Positions 1 to 10,694 of a DNA stretch of 64,000 nt are shown piece by piece. The DNA is taken from the IMG/VR virus record IMGVR_UViG_3300030104_005963; one strand, given 5' to 3'. Position numbers and translations under genes: made by a program. How positions within the stretch are numbered: the first letter of the stretch is position 1; each line of letters opens with the position of its first letter. Under the pieces are notes generated by a model. That model ran no database searches. It was not told where the DNA came from and worked only from the letters and a program-made list of their open reading frames with translations. This stretch comes from a virus.

Positions 1-1
1 A

Positions 2-3000
2 CCAGCAATAGGTGTAGATTCCATTAGAGCTTCTGATGTAATTGATTTTAGACCAAGAGTTCTAGTATATAATCCAAGCACTGCATTATATTCCCCATTC
101 CATTATTCATCAAGATCATTTGATAATTCTATTACAGAATACTTAGTTCCGGAAGAAACTTTAAGAGTTGGGTATGAATTTTATTTGCCTAGAATTGACA
201 AATTATTGTTAAACAAGTATGGAAATTTTGTATACAAACAAGGTGTTTCTTCAGAATCTCCAAAGTCTCCAGTAAATGATGATAGTGCGATAATGGAAAT
301 TGCAACCATTAACCTACCCCCATATCTCTATGCACCACAAAGTGCAATTATCTCTCAAAAAGATAACAGAAGATATACAATGAGAGATATTGGTAGACTT
401 GAGAATAGAATATCTAATTTGGAAGAATTAACATCTCTTTCTCTCTTGGAATTAGATGCTAAAAGTATGCAAATTCGTGATAGTAATAATCTAGATAGAT
501 TTAAAACAGGATTTTTTGTAGATGCATTTAATGATTCTAGTTTTATTAATCCTGTTTCTACAATTGAAGTAAATCCTGATATGGGTGAAATTAATCCATC
601 AATAACTAGAAATAGTTTAGCATCACAAGTTACTCCTGCAGAAAGTGTAACACCTGAACAATTAGATTTTGGGACTGATTTTGAATTGTTGGATTCTAAT
701 GTCAAAAAAACCGGAAATTCAGTAACTCTAAATTATGAAGAAGTTCCCTGGATTGAACAACCAAAAGCAACACTTGTTGAGAAAGTTAATCCATTTGAAG
801 TTCCGGCATTATCAGGAAGTTTGGAATTAATACCACAAACTGATTTTTGGAGTAGAACTGAACAATTAGATGGTGAAACTATAAGAGTAACTGGAAAAGA
901 TAGAGAAAAAACATTAAGGAATAAAATAGATCTTGGTGAACAGATAATTGATTTGGGATCTATTGTAGTTTCTGAAACAGAATCTTCGACAACTGTTCAA
1001 ACAAATGGCAATGGTAATGATACTTCTACCTCAGAAACATCTATAACAGATATTGATACTATGACTGAAAGTATTGATCTGAGAGGAAGTTCTAAAGATT
1101 CTGTAACTTTTGGTGATTCAAATAAATGGTTTAAAAATGAATTAATTGCTTCTGGTGAAGAAGATTTTATGAGGTCCAGAAATACCGAATTTAAAGGTTA
1201 TGGATTTGGTTCATTTACAGAAGTTTATGCATTCTTAGATGGTTTAAAACCAATTGTTGTTCCTAAATTGCTTGAAATAACAACAGAGAAAGGTGGAGAA
1301 ACTAATGGTGCTTTAGGTTCTTTCAATGTAAGCGAAACAGTACTAGTATATGATCCTGTAGATACTAATAAAATTATAGGACAATTTAGATTATGTTCAC
1401 CAAATCATAAAGAAGGTGCACATGCTGGTCCAACAGAAACATATCTGTTTTCTCCATATAGTCATGGTGAAATTGAACTTCCACAAGTATATTCCAATTC
1501 CACACCAATATTAAATATTGATACTAGATCTCTTTGTGAAGAAGCACAAGGTGATTTCTTTGGATATGCAAAGAAAAATTCTGCAATTAGAGGTTTATCT
1601 AGTGGCGCAACAGCATTTATAAAAAATGTGGATGCTGGAAATAGATTGAGACTAATTACAGATACTTTTGGTGGTGTTGTAGGATCTTTCTTCATCGAAG
1701 ATCCATACAGTACACCTCCCGGTGAACTTAGATTCCACACTGGATCCACAGAATTTGTTCTTAGCACCAGTTCAACTAATGCTCAATCTTTACCAGGGCA
1801 AGATTATTTTGAAGATGCAAATGGAAATAAAAAACCATTAGTTAAAGCTTCATCAATGTATGAAACTGGAGGAACACTTGATCAATGGGAACAACAAAGA
1901 TTTGTACAAGAAAATACTACAACTATCAATTCGGTAGTTAAAGTAAATGGTAGTGTTTCTACAACATTAACCACTCAAAATCAACATACACATACCGAAT
2001 ATAATGAATATGTAGATCCGGTAGCACAAACATTTGTTGTTGGTGGGAATGTAGAAGCACCTTCTGCTGTCAATCAAAATAATGATAAAGATGGTGCATT
2101 TTTAACTGCCGTTGATATATTCTTCTCAAAAGTTGATCTAGAACAACCGGTAAAATGTCAGATAAGAACTGTAACAGGTGATGCTAGACCTTCAAGATTT
2201 GTATTGGCAGAAAAAGAGTTAAGACCACAAACAGGAAATGCTCAAGGTGAGATTGTTAATAATGTTCTTACTTCTGATGATGCTTCTGTTCCAACAAAGT
2301 TTGTATTTGATGAACCAATATACCTTGAACCAGGATCTTCATATGCAATTGTATTAATTGCAGAAAAATCTTTAGATTATGAAGTTTGGACAGCAGTTCA
2401 AGGAGAAAGAGTTGTTAACCCCGAATCTTCTAGTGCTGCACTTACAGAAAACTTTAGTGTATCTGGAAATGAAGCTGTAGAACAAGCTCAATATACAACT
2501 CAATATGCACTAGGTGCTTTCTTTGCTTCTCAAAACGGTGCTTTATGGACAGAAAATCAAAGACAAGATCTTACATTCAGATTATACAAGGCAAAATTCA
2601 CTTCTAGAAATGGAAGTGTATTATTCAATAATCCAGTATTAGATCAAAGTAATGATTATGTTAAAAAATTAAATAGTAATCCTGTTAGAACATTACCAAA
2701 AACTGGAAAAATTGGTATTGAAGCTTCAAATTCTCTTTCTACGATACTTGTTCCTGGAAGAAAAATTGCATCTCCAAATAGTGTTGGATCTGCAGTAATT
2801 ACAGGAATAGGATCAGTAGTTACTGGTGCTGCTGTTGTAGATGGAGCAGGAGGTTCTAATTATGTTAACGATACTTCAGTTGATACCTTTAATATTACTG
2901 GAAAAGGATCTGGATTAAAATTAAATATATCTCAAAGTGCTGGTGTAGTTAATACTATTAATTCAATTGTTGATGGAGGTATCGGTTATCAAGTAGGTGA

Positions 3001-4594
3001 TGTAGTTGGTATTGTTACAAGCACAGTTACTGGTGCAACAGGATCTGGTGCTCAAATAGTAATTACCGGTGGTGGTAATAGAAATATGATTTTTGTTGAT
3101 AATGTTCAGGGAGATGATTCTTTTAATGATATTAATAGTGATTTAAATTATTATGCCGATAACGGCACTATTACCAGCACTTCTCTTGACATATTATCAT
3201 TATCTTTTGATGGTGGATTAAACAATGGAAATTATTTAAAGGTTAATCATTTCAATCATGGAATGTATTCTTCTACCAATAAAGTTAAGTTGAGTGGTGT
3301 AGAACCAAATACTGATCCGACTACAATTAGTGTTAATATGACTAATACTGTAACTGGTAACGTAAGTGTTGCCTCAACAACAGAATTTGCCAAATTTGAA
3401 GGAGTGGATGTTAGTACCAATAATCCTGGATATGCAATTATCAACAGTGAAATTATTAAATATATTTCTGTTGGAACTGGTTTCATAACAATTGATAATT
3501 CAGGAGATAGTGGTAGAGCAGTAGATAATACAGTTGCCTCTGCACACAATTCTGGTGATGTTATTAGAAAGTATGAGTTAAATGGAATTTCTCTAAGAAG
3601 AATAAACAATCCTGTTCATACAGTTTCTTCTTTAGGACTTGATGCAGATAGTTATCACATAGAAATTGATAGATCAAATGCCAATGGTTTAGATAGAAGT
3701 TCTGATACAGCAAGCACGTCTCAAGTATCATTTAGTTCTGATGAGTTTGCCGGAGGAAATGACGTATTGTCTTCTGAAAATATCTTATTTAATGCAGTTG
3801 TTCCAACTTATGATTTTATTACTCCTGGTGGAGGAAATAATGATGTATTTACAGATATTTCTGCATCCATAAGGACAACAACTGGTACAAGTGTAAGTGG
3901 AAATGAACAGTCATTTGTTGATAATGGATATCAAAATGTTGCTTTAAACAGATATAATGCGTTAAGAAGTGTCAGAATGGTTGCATCTAAAGTAAATGAA
4001 GATCAATACTTAACAGGTTTACCTAGAAGTAAGTCATTTGCAACTAATTTAGAATTAACTTCCAATAATGAAAATCTATCTCCAATAATTTATTTAAATG
4101 GAGGTTCTTCCACTGAATTTATTAGTAATAGATTGAATCAACCACTTAATCTTGAAGGATATAGTTCAAGTAATTTGATTAGAACTATTAATGAAGATCC
4201 ACATTCTTCAGTTTATATTTCTCAAGATATATCACTTAAAACACCATCAACATCATTAAAAGTTATCATAGCAGCATATAGACATGAATCTTCAGATTTC
4301 AGAGTCGCTTATAAATTAATGAGAGAAGATTCAACTTCTATAGAACAAACTTTTGAATTGTTCCCAGGATATAAAAATTTAAATTCTAACGGAACTGTTA
4401 TTGATCCAGCAAAGAATGATGGAAGACCTGATACTTTTGTTCCACCAAATGCTGATGGTCAATATAGTGAATATGTATTCACTGCCAACAATTTAGATGA
4501 ATTTGTTGGATATACAATAAAAATAATGATGTCTGGTACTAATCAGGCTTATTATCCCAAAATTACTGATTTAAGAACCATCGCATTAGCATAA
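2..4594 (+). CDS. Large virion structural protein (DUF4815/VrlC-like), 5' truncated by window edge
   Basis: Frame is open from base 2 into the 1469-aa ORF; Ser/Thr/Gly-rich; lies before the neck genes as in T4-like cyanophages. Confidence 0.7.
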   Translation, partial: PAIGVDSIRASDVIDFRPRVLVYNPSTALYSPFHYSSRSFDNSITEYLVPEETLRVGYEFYLPRIDKLLLNKYGNFVYKQGVSSESPKSPVNDDSAIMEIATINLPPYLYAPQSAIISQKDNRRYTMRDIGRLENRISNLEELTSLSLLELDAKSMQIRDSNNLDRFKTGFFVDAFNDSSFINPVSTIEVNPDMGEINPSITRNSLASQVTPAESVTPEQLDFGTDFELLDSNVKKTGNSVTLNYEEVPWIEQPKATLVEKVNPFEVPALSGSLELIPQTDFWSRTEQLDGETIRVTGKDREKTLRNKIDLGEQIIDLGSIVVSETESSTTVQTNGNGNDTSTSETSITDIDTMTESIDLRGSSKDSVTFGDSNKWFKNELIASGEEDFMRSRNTEFKGYGFGSFTEVYAFLDGLKPIVVPKLLEITTEKGGETNGALGSFNVSETVLVYDPVDTNKIIGQFRLCSPNHKEGAHAGPTETYLFSPYSHGEIELPQVYSNSTPILNIDTRSLCEEAQGDFFGYAKKNSAIRGLSSGATAFIKNVDAGNRLRLITDTFGGVVGSFFIEDPYSTPPGELRFHTGSTEFVLSTSSTNAQSLPGQDYFEDANGNKKPLVKASSMYETGGTLDQWEQQRFVQENTTTINSVVKVNGSVSTTLTTQNQHTHTEYNEYVDPVAQTFVVGGNVEAPSAVNQNNDKDGAFLTAVDIFFSKVDLEQPVKCQIRTVTGDARPSRFVLAEKELRPQTGNAQGEIVNNVLTSDDASVPTKFVFDEPIYLEPGSSYAIVLIAEKSLDYEVWTAVQGERVVNPESSSAALTENFSVSGNEAVEQAQYTTQYALGAFFASQNGALWTENQRQDLTFRLYKAKFTSRNGSVLFNNPVLDQSNDYVKKLNSNPVRTLPKTGKIGIEASNSLSTILVPGRKIASPNSVGSAVITGIGSVVTGAAVVDGAGGSNYVNDTSVDTFNITGKGSGLKLNISQSAGVVNTINSIVDGGIGYQVGDVVGIVTSTVTGATGSGAQIVITGGGNRNMIFVDNVQGDDSFNDINSDLNYYADNGTITSTSLDILSLSFDGGLNNGNYLKVNHFNHGMYSSTNKVKLSGVEPNTDPTTISVNMTNTVTGNVSVASTTEFAKFEGVDVSTNNPGYAIINSEIIKYISVGTGFITIDNSGDSGRAVDNTVASAHNSGDVIRKYELNGISLRRINNPVHTVSSLGLDADSYHIEIDRSNANGLDRSSDTASTSQVSFSSDEFAGGNDVLSSENILFNAVVPTYDFITPGGGNNDVFTDISASIRTTTGTSVSGNEQSFVDNGYQNVALNRYNALRSVRMVASKVNEDQYLTGLPRSKSFATNLELTSNNENLSPIIYLNGGSSTEFISNRLNQPLNLEGYSSSNLIRTINEDPHSSVYISQDISLKTPSTSLKVIIAAYRHESSDFRVAYKLMREDSTSIEQTFELFPGYKNLNSNGTVIDPAKNDGRPDTFVPPNADGQYSEYVFTANNLDEFVGYTIKIMMSGTNQAYYPKITDLRTIALA

Positions 4595-4595
4595 T

Positions 4596-4796
4596 ATGAT
4601 TAGAGTAGAAGGACATTCCCACTTATATCGTGATAAAAAAACTGGCACTATAATTAATACGGATACTGTGGGATATCAAAATTATTTAAAATCTTCCAAA
4701 ATTGCTGAAGAAAAGAAAAAAGAACTTGATAGTATGAAAGAAGATATTGAAGATATTAAAGGTGCTTTAAAGGAGATTTTAAATAAACTTACATAA
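4596..4796 (+). CDS. Small coiled-coil hypothetical protein
   Basis: 66-aa ORF starting 1 nt after the previous stop. Confidence 0.7.
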   Translation: MIRVEGHSHLYRDKKTGTIINTDTVGYQNYLKSSKIAEEKKKELDSMKEDIEDIKGALKEILNKLT

Positions 4797-4839
4797 ATAT
4801 ATCCCTAAATACTAATTAGATAACAATATATTGAAGTAA

Positions 4840-5181
4840 ATGGCTGCTGTATATGTTAGTAATATTGTAATTAATCAAGGAGCTGATTTTTCCCAAGTCT
4901 TCAACCTAGCTGATGAATCAAATGATCAAATTAATCTTACTGATTTTGTTCTTTCAGCACAAATGAGAAAACATGCTGGTAGCAGTGTAAGCACTAATCT
5001 TAATCCAACAGTAGTATCACCTCCAACAAGTGGTGGAGTTAGAATAACTTTGACTGATACCCAAACATCTACATTAAAACCGGGTAGATATGTTTATGAT
5101 ATTTTAATTACAGATACTTCTGGTCTTAAAACAAGAGTCGTTGAAGGTTCAGCAATCGTCCGGGAGGGAGTAACCAGATAA
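4840..5181 (+). CDS. Hypothetical, probable virion beta-sandwich protein
   Basis: 113-aa ORF; INQGADF and LKPGRYVYDILIT motifs typical of phage structural Ig-like domains. Confidence 0.65.
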   Translation: MAAVYVSNIVINQGADFSQVFNLADESNDQINLTDFVLSAQMRKHAGSSVSTNLNPTVVSPPTSGGVRITLTDTQTSTLKPGRYVYDILITDTSGLKTRVVEGSAIVREGVTR

Positions 5182-5594
5182 TGGCAGATATAAAAGTTCG
5201 TGTAGGACAAACAAATGCTGTTAAGGTAACCTCTACGGGTCTTCAAAGAGGTGATATTGCATTTAGTGTTAATGGTGGCACTGCTAATGTAACTCAATTA
5301 GATGTTTCTAGTCAAAGTAATTTAGATACTTTAAATGCGACTGGCATAGCAACTTTCAAATCAGATACTGTACCTGGTGTTTCTGGAATTATTATTGATG
5401 GAACAAATGATCAACTAAATGTTGGATCTGGAGTATCGATTACTTCAAATTCTTTAGTAGTTAATGGTGCAGTAAATTTTAATTCTTCCTTAGTTGCTGG
5501 AGTGTCTACATATGTTGGACTGGCAACTTTCCAAAATGATTTATTTGTTGATGGAACATTAACAGCCGGTCTTTTAGATGGAGGTTCATTCTGA
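5181..5594 (+). CDS. Hypothetical structural protein
   Basis: 137-aa ORF coupled to both neighbours by stop/start overlap. Confidence 0.65.
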   Translation: MADIKVRVGQTNAVKVTSTGLQRGDIAFSVNGGTANVTQLDVSSQSNLDTLNATGIATFKSDTVPGVSGIIIDGTNDQLNVGSGVSITSNSLVVNGAVNFNSSLVAGVSTYVGLATFQNDLFVDGTLTAGLLDGGSF

Positions 5595-6433
5595 TGGCAA
5601 AACCAAGTACCAGACAAGAATTAATTGATTATTCTCTTAGGAGACTTGGTGCTCCAGTATTAGAAATTAATGTTGATGATGATCAAATAGATGATTTAGT
5701 AGATGATGCCATACAATTTTATAATGAGAGGCATTATGATGGTGTTGAAAGAATGTATCTTAAATATCAAATTACTCAAGATGATATTGATAGAGGAAGA
5801 GCAGGAGGTTCTGGAGGAGTTGGTATAGTAACAACATCCGCATCTTCCACTATTGTTGGAGCAGCGACTACTTTTAATTTTTATGAAAATTCAAATTATC
5901 TTCAAGTTCCTGATTCAGTTGTTGGTATTGAAAAAATATTTAAATTTGACACCAGTTCTATTTCTGGTGGAATGTTTAGTATAAAATATCAATTGTTTTT
6001 AAATGATTTGTATCAATTTAATTCTGTTGAATTGTTGCAGTATTCTATGACAAAAACTTATCTTGAAGATATTGATTTTCTTTTGACCACAGAAAAACAA
6101 ATTAGATTTAATAAAAGACAAGATAGATTATATTTGGATTTTGATTGGAGTGCTCAAGAAAAAGATACTTACTTAGTAATTGATTGTTACAGAGCACTTG
6201 ATCCTGCAAACTTTAGTCAAGTTTTTAACGATAGTTTTGTAAAACAATATCTTACGGCACTTATTAAAAGACAGTGGGGGCAAAATTTAATTAAGTTTAG
6301 AGGAGTTAAACTTCCCGGAGGAATTGAATTAAATGGTAGAGAGATTTATGAAGATGCCGAAAGAGAAATAGATAATCTCAGAACTAAAATGATGCAAGAT
6401 TATGAATTACCACCTTACGACTTTATTGGATAA
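5594..6433 (+). CDS. gp13: Neck protein gp13
   Basis: LRRLGAPVLEINVDDDQ and KRQWGQNLIKF-GVKLPGG motifs; synteny. Confidence 0.92.
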   Translation: MAKPSTRQELIDYSLRRLGAPVLEINVDDDQIDDLVDDAIQFYNERHYDGVERMYLKYQITQDDIDRGRAGGSGGVGIVTTSASSTIVGAATTFNFYENSNYLQVPDSVVGIEKIFKFDTSSISGGMFSIKYQLFLNDLYQFNSVELLQYSMTKTYLEDIDFLLTTEKQIRFNKRQDRLYLDFDWSAQEKDTYLVIDCYRALDPANFSQVFNDSFVKQYLTALIKRQWGQNLIKFRGVKLPGGIELNGREIYEDAEREIDNLRTKMMQDYELPPYDFIG

Positions 6434-8094
6434 TGGCACTTAATCCTTTCTTTTTACAGGGTTCACAAAGTGAACAAAGATTAATTCAAGAGTTGATTAA
6501 TGAACAACTCACAATTTATGGTGTTGAAGTCATTTACCTTCCTCGTAAAATAGTAAATCAAGATACAGTTTTAAATGAAATACAATCATCAAAATTTGAT
6601 GATAATTATGCCATAGAAGCATATGTGAACACATATGAGGGATATGGTGGTGCCGGAGATATTATGACTAAATTTGGAATGAGTTTAAAGGATGATCTTA
6701 CTGTAACCATTTCAAAAGAAAGATTTGAGGATTTTATTGCTCCGTTTTTGGGAGAAATGAGTGATGATGAAATTAATGTGTCAGGTAGACCAAGAGAAGG
6801 AGATTTAATATATTTTCCATTGGGTGAAAGATTATTTGAAGTAAAGTTTGTTGAGCATGAGCAACCTTTTTATCAGTTGGGGAAAAATTATGTTTATCAA
6901 TTAAAATGTGAACTATTTGAATACTCGGATGAACTTGGTGGATGGGATCAACTCAGTACTACCACAGAGGAAATTGACAGTGTTCTTGAAGATCAGGGAT
7001 ATATTACTTCCATATTGATGATTGGAGCTGGAACAAAGGCACAAGCAATTGCTCATAACGGAACAGGATATATAAGAAAAATATTTTTAAATGATGATGG
7101 AAACGGATATACATCAACACCAATAGTTTCTATATCAACTTCCCCAAATGGTAATACTCTTGCAAATGCAACTGCTGTTGCAATTACAACCACATCAGCA
7201 AATGTTCAATCAGTAAAAGAAATATTATTAACAAATGCAGGATTTGGATATACTGAATCACCTACTATATCAATTATAGGTGGAGGTGGAACCGGTGCAA
7301 TAGCAACATGTTCTATTGAAACCACAGAATTTGGTCTAACTAGATTTGATGTATCACCAGGATCAGGATATCCAATACCACCAGTAGTTGCAATAGGAAC
7401 ACCAACAGGTGCTGGTGCAGCTGCAACAGCTATAATTAGTGATTTTGGCACTGTTATTGGATTTAATATATCAACCGGTGGAAAATTTTATAAACATGCT
7501 CCACAAGTTTCATTAACTCCACCCGACTCTGAACTTGGACTAAGTGCTACTGCTATTGCATTAGTTAACTCCGGTATAGTTACTGGTTTTACAATTACAT
7601 TTGCTGGAGATCAATACTCATCTCCACCAACGGTAAGTATTGCAAATACTTTTGGAGACAAAGATTTTTCTTCTTCTGGACTAACAACTGCTGTTGTAAG
7701 AGCAAATGTTTCTGCCGAAAATAAAGTAACTTCAATTCACATTGAAGATCCAGGACTTGGTTATAATCCAATACAAACAGTTACAATAGCAGATCCTCCA
7801 ACCACGGGAATTGGCACATTTATATTTAATGAAATTGTTACAGGTTCAATTTCTGGTGCAACGGCTAGAGTTAAAACATGGAATAAATCTGATAATATTC
7901 TTAAGGTTGGAACAACTAATGGAACATTTGTTCCGGGAGATGTTATTGTTGGATCAGCATCATCCGCAAAATATTCTGTTGACCTTATTCAATCTACAGA
8001 ATTTGCTGATAAATATGATAAAGGTGAGCAAATAGAAACATTAGCAGACACCTTTTTGGATTTTACAGAAACTAACCCATTTGGTACATATTAA
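6433..8094 (+). CDS. gp14: Neck protein gp14 with a long internal repeat insertion
   Basis: YGVEVIYLPR, RPREGDLIYFP, YQLGKNYVYQLKCELFEYS and C-terminal DFTETNPFG. Confidence 0.9.
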   Translation: MALNPFFLQGSQSEQRLIQELINEQLTIYGVEVIYLPRKIVNQDTVLNEIQSSKFDDNYAIEAYVNTYEGYGGAGDIMTKFGMSLKDDLTVTISKERFEDFIAPFLGEMSDDEINVSGRPREGDLIYFPLGERLFEVKFVEHEQPFYQLGKNYVYQLKCELFEYSDELGGWDQLSTTTEEIDSVLEDQGYITSILMIGAGTKAQAIAHNGTGYIRKIFLNDDGNGYTSTPIVSISTSPNGNTLANATAVAITTTSANVQSVKEILLTNAGFGYTESPTISIIGGGGTGAIATCSIETTEFGLTRFDVSPGSGYPIPPVVAIGTPTGAGAAATAIISDFGTVIGFNISTGGKFYKHAPQVSLTPPDSELGLSATAIALVNSGIVTGFTITFAGDQYSSPPTVSIANTFGDKDFSSSGLTTAVVRANVSAENKVTSIHIEDPGLGYNPIQTVTIADPPTTGIGTFIFNEIVTGSISGATARVKTWNKSDNILKVGTTNGTFVPGDVIVGSASSAKYSVDLIQSTEFADKYDKGEQIETLADTFLDFTETNPFGTY

Positions 8095-8942
8095 TGTTAG
8101 GGACTTATTACTATCATGAAATAATGAGAAAAACAATTGTTGCCTTTGGCACATTGTTTAATCAAATTAATATACGTCATGATGATGCATCCGGAAATAC
8201 TTATAGTGATTTAAAAGTTCCTTTGGCATATGGACCATCTCAAAAATTTCTTGCTAGATTGGAACAGCAAGCAGATTTGAACAAACCTGTTCAAATAACT
8301 CTTCCAAGAATGTCATTTGAAATGAATAATATTCAATATGATGCTACAAGAAAGACAGGTATTACACAAACTTTTAAAGCAGTTGATAAAGATACTTCTG
8401 CTGTAAAAAAAGTTTTTATGCCAGTTCCATATAATATTGGATTTGAACTTAATATTCTTTCAAAATTAAATGATGATGCACTTCAAATTGTTGAACAAAT
8501 TTTGCCATATTTTCAACCATCATTTAATGTAACGATAGATTTAATTAGTTCTATTGGTGAAAAAAGAGATGTTCCTATTGTTTTAGATAGTATATCATTT
8601 CAAGATGATTATGAAGGAGATTTTTCTACAAGAAGAGCATTAATTTATACTCTTAGATTTACAGCAAAAACATATCTATTCGGTCCTGTTGCAGATAGTT
8701 CTGAAGGTCTTATCAAAAAAGTTCAGGTCGATTATTATGCAGATACAAATACACAAACTGCTAAACGTGAAGTAAGATATACGGCAACACCAAAAGCATT
8801 AACGGATAAAAATGATGACGGTGTTGTAGATGCTACTGATGATGCACTGTTAACAGCAGATGATGATTTTGGATTTAATGAAACTACTACTTTCTTCTCA
8901 GATTCTAAAACATATAGTCCAACTCAAAAAACTGATATTTAA
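8094..8942 (+). CDS. gp15: Tail sheath stabiliser / tail terminator gp15
   Basis: MLGTYYYHEIMRKTIVAFGTLFN, VPLAYGP, LPRMSFE, EQILPYFQP. Confidence 0.93.
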   Translation: MLGTYYYHEIMRKTIVAFGTLFNQINIRHDDASGNTYSDLKVPLAYGPSQKFLARLEQQADLNKPVQITLPRMSFEMNNIQYDATRKTGITQTFKAVDKDTSAVKKVFMPVPYNIGFELNILSKLNDDALQIVEQILPYFQPSFNVTIDLISSIGEKRDVPIVLDSISFQDDYEGDFSTRRALIYTLRFTAKTYLFGPVADSSEGLIKKVQVDYYADTNTQTAKREVRYTATPKALTDKNDDGVVDATDDALLTADDDFGFNETTTFFSDSKTYSPTQKTDI

Positions 8943-8948
8943 TAAATC

Positions 8949-9335
8949 ATGACTGATAATGATATGAATGATATTGTGCCAGTTTCTGGTGAAATTATTC
9001 CAGAGAATAAAGATATTCAAAAAGATTATGAATATACAAGAGCAAACTTGTACTCATTAATTGAGAAAGGACAAGAAGCAATTAATGGTATAATGGAACT
9101 TGCCGGTGAAGGAGGCAGTCCCAGAGCATATGAAGTCGCAGGTCAATTAATTAAAAGTGTTGCTGATACAACCGATAAATTGGCAGATCTTCAGAAAAAA
9201 ATAAAGGATCTTGAGGAGGACGGAAATAAAACACCAAATAGTGTCACTAATAATGCCGTATTTGTTGGTTCTACATCTGAACTTCAAAAAATGTTAAAAC
9301 AAGGTTTTCTAAATAATAACACGGATCCAAAATAA
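8949..9335 (+). CDS. gp16: Terminase small subunit gp16
   Basis: DYEYTRANL...SPRAYEVAGQLIK...NNAVFVGSTSELQK. Confidence 0.9.
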   Translation: MTDNDMNDIVPVSGEIIPENKDIQKDYEYTRANLYSLIEKGQEAINGIMELAGEGGSPRAYEVAGQLIKSVADTTDKLADLQKKIKDLEEDGNKTPNSVTNNAVFVGSTSELQKMLKQGFLNNNTDPK

Positions 9336-9338
9336 AAG

Positions 9339-10685
9339 ATGTCGAAGTGTAAGACAGGTTACTATTACTGTTATACTGACAAAAAATGTAAACCAATCTC
9401 TAAAGGTTTAAAAGTCACTGCCAGATTTTCTGGTGGTGGAAGAGAACCTGAAGAAGTTGGCATTGATAAACCGCTAAATGGAAATGGAAATCACTCAAAT
9501 GGCAATGGAAATGGGAGCGGGATCTCTAATGGTGGCTCTAATGGAGGCGTCAGTGAAGGATCGCTTCATAAATGGTTTAAGGGATCCAAATCAAAAGATG
9601 GTAAAGGTGGATGGGTTAATGTCGTCACAGGTGGGACTTGCGCCAGTGATAAACCGGGAGAGGGAACACCAAAATGTGTTTCGTCAGCAAAACGAGCAAG
9701 TATGAGTAAGGCAGAAAGACTTTCTGCTGCCAGAAGAAAAAAGAAAGCAGACCCAGGACAACAACAAAAATCTGGTGCCGCAAAACCAACTTATGTCTCT
9801 ACAGATAAGAAAAAAATGAAAAAAGAAGAAGTAGAAGTAACTGAAGCAAAGGACAAAAAAGGTAAGGGTAGTGGTACAAAAGACGACTGTTATCATAAGG
9901 TAAAGTCCAGATATAGTGTATGGCCTTCTGCATATGCCTCAGGTGCCCTTGTAAAGTGCCGTAAGGTTGGTGCTGCTAATTGGGGTAATAAGTCTGAATC
10001 TGTGGATTACTCGAACTGGAGAGATGACTTTAAGGCAATGAATTATGAGTTCATCGATCTCATTAAACCAGAACCTTTGAATAATGAGCAGATTGATGAA
10101 GGACAAAAATGTTGGAAGGGTTATGAAAAGAAAGGAACCAAAAAAATGTTTGGTAAAACCTATAATAATTGTGTAAAAAAAGAAGAAACTGAAGTAAAGG
10201 AGAGTCATAAAAATCCTGAAAGTGTAAAAGGTATTGCTAAAGAATTGGATAAAGCAGTTGAAATGCATAAGAGTCAAGCAAAAAGACTTAGGAAAGCTGG
10301 TGTATCTGAAGGCAAATCTGATGGTGATCCTTGCTGGGATACTCATAAGCAAGTAGGTATGAAGAAAAAGAATGGTAGAATGGTTCCTAATTGTGTTCCA
10401 AAAGAAGAATTTTCTGATTGGAGATCCGAAATTAAAGAGGGAGCTGCCTGGACAAAAAAGTCTGGTAAAAATGCTTCAGGTGGATTAAATGAAAAAGGTC
10501 GTAAGTCTTATGAAAGAGAGAATCCTGGTTCAGATCTAAAAGCACCATCTAAAAAAGTTGGCAATAAAAGAAGAGCATCATTCTGTGCAAGAATGAAAGG
10601 TATGAAAAAGAAACTTACTTCTGCCAAAACAGCAAATGATCCAGATAGCAGAATCAATAAATCTTTGAGAGCTTGGAATTGTTAA
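9339..10685 (+). CDS. Modular Lys-rich protein between the terminase genes (candidate internal-head polyprotein)
   Basis: 448-aa ORF of short basic modules; two CW...NCV repeats. Confidence 0.75.
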   Translation: MSKCKTGYYYCYTDKKCKPISKGLKVTARFSGGGREPEEVGIDKPLNGNGNHSNGNGNGSGISNGGSNGGVSEGSLHKWFKGSKSKDGKGGWVNVVTGGTCASDKPGEGTPKCVSSAKRASMSKAERLSAARRKKKADPGQQQKSGAAKPTYVSTDKKKMKKEEVEVTEAKDKKGKGSGTKDDCYHKVKSRYSVWPSAYASGALVKCRKVGAANWGNKSESVDYSNWRDDFKAMNYEFIDLIKPEPLNNEQIDEGQKCWKGYEKKGTKKMFGKTYNNCVKKEETEVKESHKNPESVKGIAKELDKAVEMHKSQAKRLRKAGVSEGKSDGDPCWDTHKQVGMKKKNGRMVPNCVPKEEFSDWRSEIKEGAAWTKKSGKNASGGLNEKGRKSYERENPGSDLKAPSKKVGNKRRASFCARMKGMKKKLTSAKTANDPDSRINKSLRAWNC

Positions 10686-10694
10686 TTTGATGTT

